64,000 nt of DNA from a bacterium (GTDB lineage Bacteria > Omnitrophota > Gorgyraeia > Aquiviventales > Aquiviventaceae). The notes below the pieces were generated by a model that saw only the letters and a list, made by a program, of their open reading frames with translations, did no database searches and was not told the DNA's origin. The stretch spans positions 2,115 through 66,114 of the forward strand of contig DASWKB010000024.1 in NCBI GenBank assembly GCA_036396895.1, written 5' to 3'. The translations under genes were made by a program, and so were the position numbers. The number at the start of each line of letters is the position of its first letter. Position 1 is the stretch's first letter. This document shows, in pieces, positions 1 through 7,134 of this stretch.

Positions 1-60
1 AATACCGAGTGAAAGTCGTCAAACACTATCGTGCGTGAGCACAACTCGAGCGTTGGCGAG

Positions 61-81
61 AGGCTGGAAGCTGGAATGATC
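61..81. repeat. hepta-2 tandem array (GCTGGAN orientation) with GATC-side cap
   Basis: Read directly: aggctgga-agctgga-atgatc. Confidence 0.6.
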
Positions 82-92
82 GGTGGCGACGA

Positions 93-128
93 TGCCAAAT
101 TCGGAATTCGGAATTGGGAATGCGGAAT
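93..128. repeat. hepta-1 tandem array (CGGAATN) with TGCCAAAT cap
   Basis: tgccaaat-tcggaat-tcggaat-tgggaat-gcggaat; identical 36-mer recurs at 6427-6462. Confidence 0.85.
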
Positions 129-130
129 GG

Positions 131-220
131 GTTATGTGCTGTCACGGGAACGCAGGTTTGTGCCGCAAAGGAAGATGACGCCTGTGCCTGTGTGGAGAGC
201 CTCCATTGTTGACGATTCAC
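131..220 (-). repeat. IGR-core element, alpha subfamily
   Basis: Reverse complement of the copy at 4435-4530. Ends in ccattgttgacgattca, the complement of the TGAATCGTCAACAA signature. Confidence 0.8.
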
Positions 221-234
221 AATTCACGGGAGGC

Positions 235-265
235 GAGAAGCTGAAAGCTGGAGGCTGGAACGATC
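235..265. repeat. hepta-2 tandem array
   Basis: gagaagctg-aaagctg-gaggctg-gaacgatc. Confidence 0.7.
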
Positions 266-330
266 ACGTGCCGCACGAACGATCAAGCGTGCATCTGTGC
301 ATAAGTGCAGGGCTATTGTTATTGACGACC
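262..330 (-). repeat. IGR-core element, beta subfamily (diverged)
   Basis: gatcacgtgccgcacgaacgatcaagcgtgcatctgtgcataagtgcag...ttgttattgacgacc aligns by eye to the reverse complement of the beta copies at 2721, 4322 and 7021. Confidence 0.7.
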
Positions 331-370
331 GTCATGCTCCGGCATCCTGCCCGTGTTCAGTCTCTTCAAT

Positions 371-424
371 AATCCGCAATCGGAAATCCGCAATCCGCAA
401 TTCACGATCCAGCCTCCAGCTTCC
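371..424. repeat. hepta-6 array (AATCCGC) followed by hepta-2 units
   Basis: aatccgc-aatcgga-aatccgc-aatccgc-aattcac-gat-ccagcct-ccagctt. The same composite recurs at 6813-6866. Confidence 0.8.
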
Positions 425-471
425 CGGTCGCCATCAACGGGCCAGGTATATCGGAAATTGGCTGGAAGGGC

Positions 472-1476
472 TCAGACAGGCAGCGCCACGCCGCGGAGGA
501 TCTGCGCGGCGTACTCGGGCGGAGTCGGGTTGATGTAGAATCCCGTGCCCCATTCGAAGCCGGCGACCCGCGTCAGCGCGGGGATGATCTCCAGGTGCCA
601 GTGATAGGTCTCGGGGTCCCTCAGCTGAAACGGCGCGGTGTGAATGACGAAGTTGTAGGGCGCGTTCTTGAGCGCTTCCCGCAGCCGCCCGAGAACCTCG
701 CGGACGATCCGGGCGAAGTCCGTCACCGTCTCCTGCGTCGCCAGCGCGAACTCCGGAAGATGCTCCTTCGGCAGCACCCACATCTCGAACGGGAACCGCG
801 ACACGTAGGGGCACACGGCCAGGAACGCCCGGTTCTCGCACACGACGCGCTCATCCTCGAGCAGCTCCTGCGAGGCGATGTCGCAGAAGACGCAGCGCTC
901 CCGCGCCTCGAAATACCGCTCGGCGCCCCGCAGCTCTTCCTCCACCCGCTTCGGCACGATCGGCAGCGCGATCAGCTGGGAATAGCTGTGCGTCAGCGTG
1001 GCGCCAGCCACCAGCCCCGAGTTTTTGAACACGAGGCCGTACTTGAGCCTCGCGTCCGCGCGGAGCGCCTGGGTGCGCAGCTGGTACGACGTGATCACCT
1101 GCCTGAGCTCCTCCTGGCTGAGGTCCGCGAGCTGACGCTGGTGATCCGGAGTTTCCACGATGATCTCATGGACGCCGACGCCCGAGGATTGGTCGAACAC
1201 GCCGAGGCCGCGCCGGGTCAGCATGCCGGACGCGTCCAGCGCCGGAAACTTATTCGGCACGACGCGCAGCCGCCAGCCGGGGCCGTCGACGGCGCCCACC
1301 GCCGGGCGGAGCGCGTACACCTCGGGCGGGGTCATCGCCTCGTTCCCGGGGCAGAACGGACACGTCCCGCCGGCGGGCGTGTCCGTCTCCACCTCGAACA
1401 CCTCGGGGCCGGAGGGCTCCAGCGTCTCGATGATCGTCCATCGTCCGGTGATGGGATCGCGCCTCAGCTCGGACAT
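472..1476 (-). CDS. GalT-like HIT-superfamily nucleotidyltransferase (galactose-1-phosphate uridylyltransferase family), paralog 1
   Basis: 334-aa ORF with CPFCPGNE zinc knuckle, VVPNKFPAL, FKNSGLVAGA, and C-terminal YHWHLEIIP and GFEWGTGFYINP. The expected His-x-His nucleophile site reads THSYSQ. Confidence 0.8.
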   Translation of the reverse strand: MSELRRDPITGRWTIIETLEPSGPEVFEVETDTPAGGTCPFCPGNEAMTPPEVYALRPAVGAVDGPGWRLRVVPNKFPALDASGMLTRRGLGVFDQSSGVGVHEIIVETPDHQRQLADLSQEELRQVITSYQLRTQALRADARLKYGLVFKNSGLVAGATLTHSYSQLIALPIVPKRVEEELRGAERYFEARERCVFCDIASQELLEDERVVCENRAFLAVCPYVSRFPFEMWVLPKEHLPEFALATQETVTDFARIVREVLGRLREALKNAPYNFVIHTAPFQLRDPETYHWHLEIIPALTRVAGFEWGTGFYINPTPPEYAAQILRGVALPV

Positions 1477-1477
1477 G

Positions 1478-2551
1478 TCAGCGCCGCTCCACGGCCTGCG
1501 ACGCCGGCGCCGGCGGCGCCCCGGCCGCCGCTTCGCGGAGATAACGCGCGGCTTCCTCCGGCGGCGTCGGGTTGATGTAGAACCCCGTGCCCCATTCGAA
1601 CCCCGCCACCCTCGTGAGGCGCGGAATGAGCTCCAGGTGCCAGTGAAAGTCGTCTTCCAGCGTCTTCCAGTGACCGAGTCTTCCCCGCCCGCTGCGAAAC
1701 GGCGCCGTATGCAGCAGGTAGTTGTACGGAGGGTCCTCCAGCACGGTCTTCAGCCGCGACAGGACCTCTTTGAGCGCCACCGGCAGCTCCCGGATCTCCT
1801 CCTGGCGCATGCGCGCGAAGTCCGGACTATGGCGCTTCGGCAGAATGCACAGCTCGAACGGAAACCGCGAGGCGAACGGCGCCAGCGCGATGATGTGGGG
1901 GGACTCGAACACGACCCGCACGCCCGATTCGCGCTCCTGCTGGATGACATCGCACATCAGGCAGCGCTCCTTGTCCTCGTAATAGCGGCGGCTGCACAGG
2001 AGCTCTTCCTTCACGACCTTGGGCGTGACGGGCGTGGCGATAAGCTGGGAGCGCGTGTGATCGATCCGGCCCGCGCCGGCCACCCCGCCGTGATTCTTGA
2101 ACCACAGCACGTAGCGGAAGCGCGGGTCCCGCTCCAGATCCACGATCCGGTTTACGGTCGTCTGTACCACCAGCTGGAGCTGCTCGGCCGACAAGTCCGC
2201 GGCATTGCTGACGTGTTTGGGGCTCTCGATGATCATCTCGTGCGCGCCGATGCCGTCCATCACGTCGTAGATCCCCTTCGCCCGCCGGTTCAGCCGGCCC
2301 TCGATGCGCAGCACGGGATTCACGCTCGGGATCACGCGAACGGTCCAGCCGGGCTTATCGGCGCCCGGGCGGGCGCGCACGGCGAGGATCTCCCGCCGCG
2401 TGTCCGCCTCGTGTCCCTCGCAGAAGGGGCACTCGGCCGGATCCGCATGCGCATCGTGCGGAGGGAGGAAGTCCTCGGGCCCTTTCGCGCGCTCGGTGGC
2501 GATGATGACCCACCGCCGCGTCAGGGGGTCTTTCCGAAGCTCAGGCATCAC
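1478..2551 (-). CDS. GalT-like HIT-superfamily nucleotidyltransferase, paralog 2
   Basis: 357-aa ORF ending 1 nt before the paralog 1 start. Has CPFCEGHE, VIPSVNPVL, FKNHGGVAGA, FHWHLELIP and GFEWGTGFYINP. The nucleophile site reads DHTRSQ. Confidence 0.8.
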   Translation of the reverse strand: MMPELRKDPLTRRWVIIATERAKGPEDFLPPHDAHADPAECPFCEGHEADTRREILAVRARPGADKPGWTVRVIPSVNPVLRIEGRLNRRAKGIYDVMDGIGAHEMIIESPKHVSNAADLSAEQLQLVVQTTVNRIVDLERDPRFRYVLWFKNHGGVAGAGRIDHTRSQLIATPVTPKVVKEELLCSRRYYEDKERCLMCDVIQQERESGVRVVFESPHIIALAPFASRFPFELCILPKRHSPDFARMRQEEIRELPVALKEVLSRLKTVLEDPPYNYLLHTAPFRSGRGRLGHWKTLEDDFHWHLELIPRLTRVAGFEWGTGFYINPTPPEEAARYLREAAAGAPPAPASQAVERR

Positions 2552-2564
2552 GCCAGTCCATTGG

Positions 2565-2601
2565 TGCCAATTTCGGAGTTCGGAATTGGAAATGCGGAAT
2601 T
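2565..2601. repeat. hepta-1 tandem array with TGCCAAT cap
   Basis: tgccaattt-cggagtt-cggaatt-ggaaatg-cggaatt. Confidence 0.8.
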
Positions 2602-2602
2602 G

Positions 2603-2690
2603 GTCTTGTGCTCTCTCGGGAACGCAGGTTTGTGCCGCAACGGAAGATGACGCTTGCGCATGTGTGCAGAGCTTCCGAGGTTGACGCTAG
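2603..2690 (-). repeat. IGR-core element, alpha subfamily (diverged at the signature end)
   Basis: gtcttgtgctctctcgggaacgcaggtttgtgccgcaacggaagatgacgc... is collinear with 131-220. Confidence 0.75.
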
Positions 2691-2720
2691 AGAACCGGTC
2701 GGATGCTGGAGCATGGAATG

Positions 2721-2799
2721 TGAATCGTCAACAACGAAGGCTCTGCACTCATGCACAGATGCACGCGTGCTCGTTCGTGCGGCACTCGACCATTCCAGC
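2721..2799 (+). repeat. IGR-core element, beta subfamily
   Basis: tgaatcgtcaacaacgaaggctctgcactcatgcacagatgcacgcgtgctcgttcgtgcggcac...cattccagc. It is convergent with the alpha copy at 2603-2690. Confidence 0.85.
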
Positions 2800-2816
2800 G
2801 ACCAGCCTCCAGCTTC
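2795..2816. repeat. hepta-2 tandem array
   Basis: ccagcga-ccagcct-ccagctt. Confidence 0.75.
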
Positions 2817-2827
2817 TACCCGATTCG

Positions 2828-3763
2828 TCACGACGCCGGTGGCGTTTCGAAGCGGTCGCCCGCGGCGATGCCGCGGCCCGCGACGAACGCCGCCGCCGGC
2901 ATCCGCCGGCGGCCACCGGGCTGAACCTCGAGAACCTGAAGCTCCCCCTGGCCCGTCGCGACCGCGATCCCATCGGAGGACGCGCGGACCACCGTGCCGG
3001 GCGCCGCCCCGCTTCGCGCATCAGGACACGCGCTCGCCGCGAAGATTCTGAGCGGCTCGCCTCCGCGCCACGCGGTCGCCACAGGCCACGGCACGAACGC
3101 CCGCACCTGCCGCTCCAGCTCGCGGGCCGGGAGCCTCCAGTCCAGGGTCCCCTGCGCCTTCGTCAGCTTGGGCGCGAACGTCGCTTCCTCGTCCCGCTGC
3201 GGCGTTTCCTTCGCCGTGCCGGCTGAGAGCTGATGCAGCGCTTCGATGAGCGCCTCCGCCCCCAGCGTCGAGAGCCGCGCGCTTAGGCCTTCGGATGTCT
3301 CCTCCGGCGCGATCGGCATGATCCGCCGGATGAGCACCGGCCCGGCATCCAGCGCTTCGACGAGCCGGTAAATGCAGACCCCCGTTTCCGGCTCGCCGTT
3401 CAGAATCGCCCACGGCACCGGCGCCGCCCCGCGGTACTTGGGCAGCAGCGACGGGTGAACGCCGAGCAGGCCGAACCGCACTGCCTCGAGCAAGTCGCGC
3501 CGCAACAGCTGTCCGTACGCGACCACCACGCCCACATCCGCCTCAAGCGGCGCGATCGCGTCGGCGCGCGGACGCTCCGGCTGCTGCACGATGAGACCCA
3601 GGCGCTCCGCCGCGGCTTTGACCGGCGACGGCGCCGGCTTGAGCCCCCGGCCCTGCGGCCGGTCCGGCCGCGACACGCACGCGACGACGCGGTGGTCCGA
3701 ATGGGCCAGCCGTTCGAGCACCGGGACGGCATACGCTGACGTGCCGAAATACACGACGCGCAT
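2828..3763 (-). CDS. fmt: methionyl-tRNA formyltransferase
   Basis: MRVVYFGTSAYAVPVLERL N-terminus, HPSLLPKYRGAAP motif and an Fmt C-terminal domain. The ATG at 3763 overlaps the def stop (TGATG). The track ORF extends to 3808. Confidence 0.9.
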   Translation of the reverse strand: MRVVYFGTSAYAVPVLERLAHSDHRVVACVSRPDRPQGRGLKPAPSPVKAAAERLGLIVQQPERPRADAIAPLEADVGVVVAYGQLLRRDLLEAVRFGLLGVHPSLLPKYRGAAPVPWAILNGEPETGVCIYRLVEALDAGPVLIRRIMPIAPEETSEGLSARLSTLGAEALIEALHQLSAGTAKETPQRDEEATFAPKLTKAQGTLDWRLPARELERQVRAFVPWPVATAWRGGEPLRIFAASACPDARSGAAPGTVVRASSDGIAVATGQGELQVLEVQPGGRRRMPAAAFVAGRGIAAGDRFETPPAS

Positions 3764-4251
3764 CAGCGCACGCGGCGCCGGAGCCTGAGCCGCAGGCGTG
3801 CCGGCCACGAGAGCCGGTCGACGAACAGCCGCCCGTCAAGGTGATCGCACTCGTGCTGGAGGATGATCGCCAGCAGGCCCTCGGCCTCGATCCTGAACGG
3901 ATTGCCGTTCCGGTCCTGGGCCGCGACGCGCACCCACGCCGAGCGCTTCACCTTCGCCCACGCACCCGGAAGGCTCAGGCACCCCTCCGTCAGCGCCGCG
4001 CGGCCGTGTTGGGCCTCGATCACCGGATTGGCCAAGAGGAGCTCCTCGCCACGCCGCTGCGTATGGCCGACGACGCAGAGCCTGAGCGATTCGCCGACCT
4101 GCGGCGCCGCCAGCCCCACGCCGTCGTTGGCGTGCATCGTCTCGATCATCTCCGCCGCCAACCGGCGCAGGGCCTCCGCGAACTCCGTTACCGGCTCCGC
4201 GCGCCGGCGCAGGGCCGGCGCCGGCGCGAAGGTCAACACGCGCGCGCCCAT
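3763..4251 (-). CDS. def: peptide deformylase
   Basis: The three deformylase motifs are all present: GVGLAAPQVG, EGCLSLPG, QHECDHLDG. Classic def-fmt gene order. Confidence 0.92.
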   Translation of the reverse strand: MGARVLTFAPAPALRRRAEPVTEFAEALRRLAAEMIETMHANDGVGLAAPQVGESLRLCVVGHTQRRGEELLLANPVIEAQHGRAALTEGCLSLPGAWAKVKRSAWVRVAAQDRNGNPFRIEAEGLLAIILQHECDHLDGRLFVDRLSWPARLRLRLRRRVR

Positions 4252-4262
4252 ATCTTATGCGT

Positions 4263-4290
4263 ATTCTATCGTCGCCATCCCAAAAAGCAA
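4263..4290 (-). promoter_or_regulatory. sigma70-like promoter candidate upstream of def-fmt
   Basis: On the minus strand: TTGCTT, a 16-nt spacer, TAGAAT, then 12 nt to the def ATG. Lies in a locally AT-richer stretch. By-eye match only. Confidence 0.35.
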
Positions 4291-4321
4291 GTGATGCACG
4301 TCATCCGAGCAACCGGCAAGT

Positions 4322-4400
4322 TGAATCGTCAACACCGAAGGCTCTGCACCCGTGCACAGATGCACGCGTGATCGTTCGTGCGGCACGTGATCATTCCAGC
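4322..4400 (+). repeat. IGR-core element, beta subfamily
   Basis: tgaatcgtcaacaccgaaggctctgcacccgtgcacagatgcacgcgtgatcgttcgtgcggcacgtgatcattccagc. Confidence 0.85.
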
Positions 4401-4423
4401 TTCTCGCGTCCAGCTTCTCGCCT
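4396..4423. repeat. 14-nt direct repeat x2 (hepta-2-derived linker)
   Basis: ccagcttctcgcgt-ccagcttctcgcct. The same linker is seen at 6994-7011 and 7108-7124. Confidence 0.8.
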
Positions 4424-4434
4424 CCCGTGAATTA

Positions 4435-4530
4435 TGAATCGTCAACAACGGAGGCTCTCCACACAGGCACAGGCGTCATCTTCCTTTGCGGCACAAACCT
4501 GCGTTCCCGTGAGAGCACATAACCCATTCC
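4435..4530 (+). repeat. IGR-core element, alpha subfamily
   Basis: tgaatcgtcaacaacggaggctctccacacaggcacaggcgtcatcttcctttgcggcacaaacctgcgttcccgtgagagcacataacccattcc. Confidence 0.85.
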
Positions 4531-4548
4531 GAATTCCGAAGTTGGCAT
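4526..4548. repeat. hepta-1 array (ATTCCGN orientation) with cap
   Basis: attccga-attccga-agttggcat. Confidence 0.7.
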
Positions 4549-4567
4549 CTATCCAATCTCGCACTTC

Positions 4568-5752
4568 TCACAGGAAACACGCCACCACCATGGCCACGAC
4601 CGCGAGGACGCCGCCCGCCGTGTACGGCGCCTGCCCCAGCATCCCCGCGGAGCGAAGGGCATCGGCGTGCAGCAGCCACCCGCCGAGCACGGGGCCCGCG
4701 ATCCGCGCCAGACTCGCGGCCGACTGCATGACGCCCAGCACCCGCCCCTGAGACTGAGAGCCGGCGCTCCGGGACGCGAGCCCGTTCAGCGGGGCCAGGA
4801 TCAGGCTGTGCCCGACGGCGATCCCCGTCGTCACCGACAGCAGGCACGCCAACGTCACGCTGGATGGCAACAGGAACAGGCTTGCGGCGAGGAGCGCCGT
4901 GCCGGCGATGATCAGCTTCTTATCGCCGAACATTCTCACCAGCCAGCCGAGCATGCCGCCCTGGATGACGGCGCCGATGAGTCCCTGCCCCGCGAAAATG
5001 TATCCGTTCTGGGCCGCCGAGAGTCCGAACCGCCGCTCGGTGAACAGCGCGTAGGTCGCCGTGAGAAGCGAAAACGCCGCGGTCGAGAAGAAATACGCCA
5101 GGAGAATCACGCCGAACGGCCGCCGGCGCAGCGACCGGAACGACTCGCCGAACGAGGAGCGTTCCCGTGCATGGCCGCGCTGCTCGGGCGGCAGGCTCTC
5201 CGGCAGCAGCCAAAAGATCGCCACGGCCGTGACCGCGGCCAGGAACGCCGCGAACAGAAACGGTGCCGCAAGCGACACGTGGCTCAGCAGTCCGCCGATG
5301 GCCGGGCCGAAGATGAATCCCAGCCCGAACGCCGCGCCGATCAGGCCCATCCCGCGCGAACGCTGCTCCGGCGGCGTGATATCGGCGATGTAGGCCTGCG
5401 CCGTCGAGATATTGCCGCCCGTGGCGCCGTCGATGATGCGTGCGACGAACAGGAGCGGCAGCGTGTGCGCGACGCCCATGAGGAGAAATCCGGCCGCCGT
5501 GCCGATCACGCTGAGCAGGAGGACCGGCCGCCTGCCCACGCGGTCCGACAGCCGGCCGAGAAGCGGGGCGCAGACGAACTGCATGGCGGAGTAGACCGCC
5601 AGCAGCAGCCCGACGACGAACGGCGACGCGTCGAACTGCTCCGCGTAGATGGGCAGGACGGGGATCACGATCCCGAAGCCGACCAGATCGAGAAACACGA
5701 TCCCGAAGATCAGGAAGTACGGCGACCGCCGGCTGGAACGGGCGTGATCCAT
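4568..5752 (-). CDS. MFS transporter (drug/H+ antiporter-like)
   Basis: 394 aa, hydrophobic throughout with about 12 spans by eye, and an MFS motif-A-like GRLSDRVGRRPVLL. Confidence 0.85.
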   Translation of the reverse strand: MDHARSSRRSPYFLIFGIVFLDLVGFGIVIPVLPIYAEQFDASPFVVGLLLAVYSAMQFVCAPLLGRLSDRVGRRPVLLLSVIGTAAGFLLMGVAHTLPLLFVARIIDGATGGNISTAQAYIADITPPEQRSRGMGLIGAAFGLGFIFGPAIGGLLSHVSLAAPFLFAAFLAAVTAVAIFWLLPESLPPEQRGHARERSSFGESFRSLRRRPFGVILLAYFFSTAAFSLLTATYALFTERRFGLSAAQNGYIFAGQGLIGAVIQGGMLGWLVRMFGDKKLIIAGTALLAASLFLLPSSVTLACLLSVTTGIAVGHSLILAPLNGLASRSAGSQSQGRVLGVMQSAASLARIAGPVLGGWLLHADALRSAGMLGQAPYTAGGVLAVVAMVVACFL

Positions 5753-5759
5753 GCGGACG

Positions 5760-6077
5760 CTAGCGCCGGAGCAACTCGGCCAGGACCGATCCGAGCGCGG
5801 CGGCGCTGAAGAGCACCATCAGCGCGTCGGGCATGACGCGGCGTTTGGCTTTCCAGGTGCCGAGAAACCTCACGGCCAGCGCCAGCGCGATCAGGAGACT
5901 CAGGACGGACCCTGCCGTGCGGCCTTCCAGTATCCAGGAGGCGCAGAGCAGCAGGATCCCGCCCAATCCGACGCCCGCGATCAGGGAGGGGACGCTGCGC
6001 GCTTTGACATATCCGATGATGCCGCCCAGGATGGTGAATGTCCCGTAGGCGGCGACGATTGTTGCCGTGTATGACAT
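5760..6077 (-). CDS. TMEM14/UPF0136-family small membrane protein
   Basis: MSYTATIVAAYGTFTILGGIIGYVKARSVPSLIAG matches the family pattern GGxxGYxKxxSxxSLxAG. ATG at 6077. The track ORF starts at a GTG at 6104. Confidence 0.7.
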   Translation of the reverse strand: MSYTATIVAAYGTFTILGGIIGYVKARSVPSLIAGVGLGGILLLCASWILEGRTAGSVLSLLIALALAVRFLGTWKAKRRVMPDALMVLFSAAALGSVLAELLRR

Positions 6078-6142
6078 CCTGCTATTGTCGGGCAAGCTCA
6101 CCACTCACGCCAGCATAAAATCCGGGCCGGAGGCCAACGGCC

Positions 6143-6177
6143 GCGTAACGTGAAACGCGTAACGCGTAACGTGATCG
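6143..6177. repeat. hepta-3 tandem array
   Basis: gcgtaac-gtgaaac-gcgtaac-gcgtaac-gtgatcg. Confidence 0.8.
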
Positions 6178-6180
6178 CGT

Positions 6181-6285
6181 GTCTTGTGCCGTGACGGACG
6201 ATGAGGATTGTACAGTGACGACAGATGACGCCTGTGCATTTGTGCAACGCCTTGTTTGTTGGTGCCCGAACTGAATGAGTCATAA
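6181..6285 (-). repeat. IGR-core element, degenerate copy
   Basis: gtcttgtgccgtgacgg...agatgacgcctgtgcatttgtgcaacgccttgtttgttgg...ctgaatgagtca keeps blocks of the alpha core. Confidence 0.5.
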
Positions 6286-6340
6286 GTGAGAGGCTTGAAG
6301 GTAGCGCCTGGAATGCGGGGGCGGATCATGCTTGGAACAT

Positions 6341-6368
6341 GGGACGGGGGACAGGGGACGTGGACGGA
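6341..6368. repeat. hepta-4 tandem array
   Basis: gggacgg-gggacag-gggacgt-ggacgga. Confidence 0.8.
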
Positions 6369-6384
6369 ATCAGAGATCCGTGGC

Positions 6385-6415
6385 GAGAAGCTGGAGGCTG
6401 GAAGCTGGAATGATC
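6385..6415. repeat. hepta-2 tandem array
   Basis: gagaagctg-gaggctg-gaagctg-gaatgatc. Confidence 0.8.
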
Positions 6416-6426
6416 AGCCGCGACGA

Positions 6427-6462
6427 TGCCAAATTCGGAATTCGGAATTGGGAATGCGGAAT
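6427..6462. repeat. hepta-1 tandem array with TGCCAAAT cap
   Basis: Identical to 93-128. Confidence 0.85.
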
Positions 6463-6464
6463 TG

Positions 6465-6549
6465 GTCTTGTGCTGTCACGGGAACGCAGGCTTGTGCCGT
6501 CATAGAAAGTCACGAGTGTGCATAAGCGAAACGTCTTCGTTGTTGACGG
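6465..6549 (-). repeat. IGR-core element, alpha-like
   Basis: gtcttgtgctgtcacgggaacgcaggcttgtgccgtcatagaaagtcacgagtgtgcataagcgaaacgtcttcgttgttgacgg. Confidence 0.75.
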
Positions 6550-6583
6550 GTCGGGAACCGGTCGGAAGCTGGAGCGTGAAATC

Positions 6584-6696
6584 GAATCGTCAACAACGGA
6601 GGCTCTGCACACATGCACAATCGTCATCGTGCATCGCGGCACACACCTGCTCTCCCGGTACGGCACAAGACCCATTCCGCATTCCGCACCATGCTC
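6584..6696 (+). repeat. IGR-core element, gamma subfamily
   Basis: 113 nt identical by hand comparison to 7135-7247. Starts gaatcgtcaacaacggaggctctgcacacatgcacaatcgtcatcgtgcatcgcggcac. Confidence 0.9.
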
Positions 6697-6812
6697 GCGC
6701 GTGACACGTTACGCGGCATGTCATGCTCATCACGCTCCAGTTCCGTATGCCTCCCCTGTCCCAAGCGTGGCTCGCCTATGACTCCGATCCTCCCGGTCTG
6801 CTCAAGTCTTTC

Positions 6813-6866
6813 AATCCGCAATCCGAAATCCGCAACCCGCAATTCACACGGAGCCTCCAGCTTCAG
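6813..6866. repeat. hepta-6 array followed by hepta-2 units
   Basis: aatccgc-aatccga-aatccgc-aacccgc-aattcac...gagcctccagcttcag. Paralogous to 371-424. Confidence 0.8.
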
Positions 6867-6896
6867 TCCTGCAACACGACACAACCCCTGACGCCG

Positions 6897-6960
6897 CCGT
6901 GACGCGTTTCGCGTTACGCGGGCCCGCAAGTCGGGGGTCCCCTCGGGGGCTGTCCCCCTT
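6897..6960. repeat. hepta-3 units followed by G5/C5-rich hepta-4-like palindromic stretch
   Basis: ccgtgacgcgtttcgcgttacgcgg...tcgggggtcccctcgggggctgtccccc. Confidence 0.6.
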
Positions 6961-6971
6961 GGACCAGACTA

Positions 6972-7011
6972 CTTCCAGCCTCCAGCCTCTAGCGTCCAGC
7001 TTCTCGCCTCC
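6972..7011. repeat. hepta-2 tandem array plus conserved linker
   Basis: cttccagcctccagcctctagcgtccagcttctcgcctcc. Confidence 0.8.
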
Positions 7012-7020
7012 CGTGATGTT

Positions 7021-7100
7021 TGAATCGTCAACAACGAAGGCGCTGCACTCATGCACAGATGCACGCGTGATCGTTCGTGCGGCACGTGATCATTCCAGCC
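7021..7100 (+). repeat. IGR-core element, beta subfamily
   Basis: tgaatcgtcaacaacgaaggcgctgcactcatgcacagatgcacgcgtgatcgttcgtgcggcacgtgatcattccagcc. Confidence 0.85.
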
Positions 7101-7124
7101 TCCAGCGTCCAGCTTCTCGCCTCC
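7091..7124. repeat. hepta-2 tandem array plus conserved linker
   Basis: cattccagcctccagcgtccagcttctcgcctcc. Confidence 0.8.
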
Positions 7125-7134
7125 CGTGATGTTT

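Noticed and set aside
1160-2650. Long plus-strand ORFs throughout the window (e.g. 1160-2650, 7346-9340, 13376-15178, 20737-23040, 56360-58216, 59481-61256)
   Set aside because: They lie antisense to genes with clear motifs. They are extremely Arg/Pro/Ala/Gly-rich, have no recognisable domains, and are the expected stop-poor shadow frames of GC-rich DNA.
93-4548. Composite transposon made of the inverted 230-bp composites
   Set aside because: No transposase or integrase is present, the cargo is core housekeeping (def, fmt), and the same modules occur in many other gaps. It is kept only as a low-interest recombination hypothesis.
4434-4751. Conserved small ORFs inside the core elements (MNRQQRRLSTQAQASSSFAAQTCVPV..., also at 26-220 and 6426-6704; and RERRFVPQRKMT.../RESRCVPRCTMT... 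on the other strand)
   Set aside because: Both strands stay open in every copy. The start codon is not conserved (ATG, TTG, GTG or none) and there is no ribosome-binding site. Substitutions between subfamilies do not look synonymous-biased. The ORFs run on into heptad arrays.
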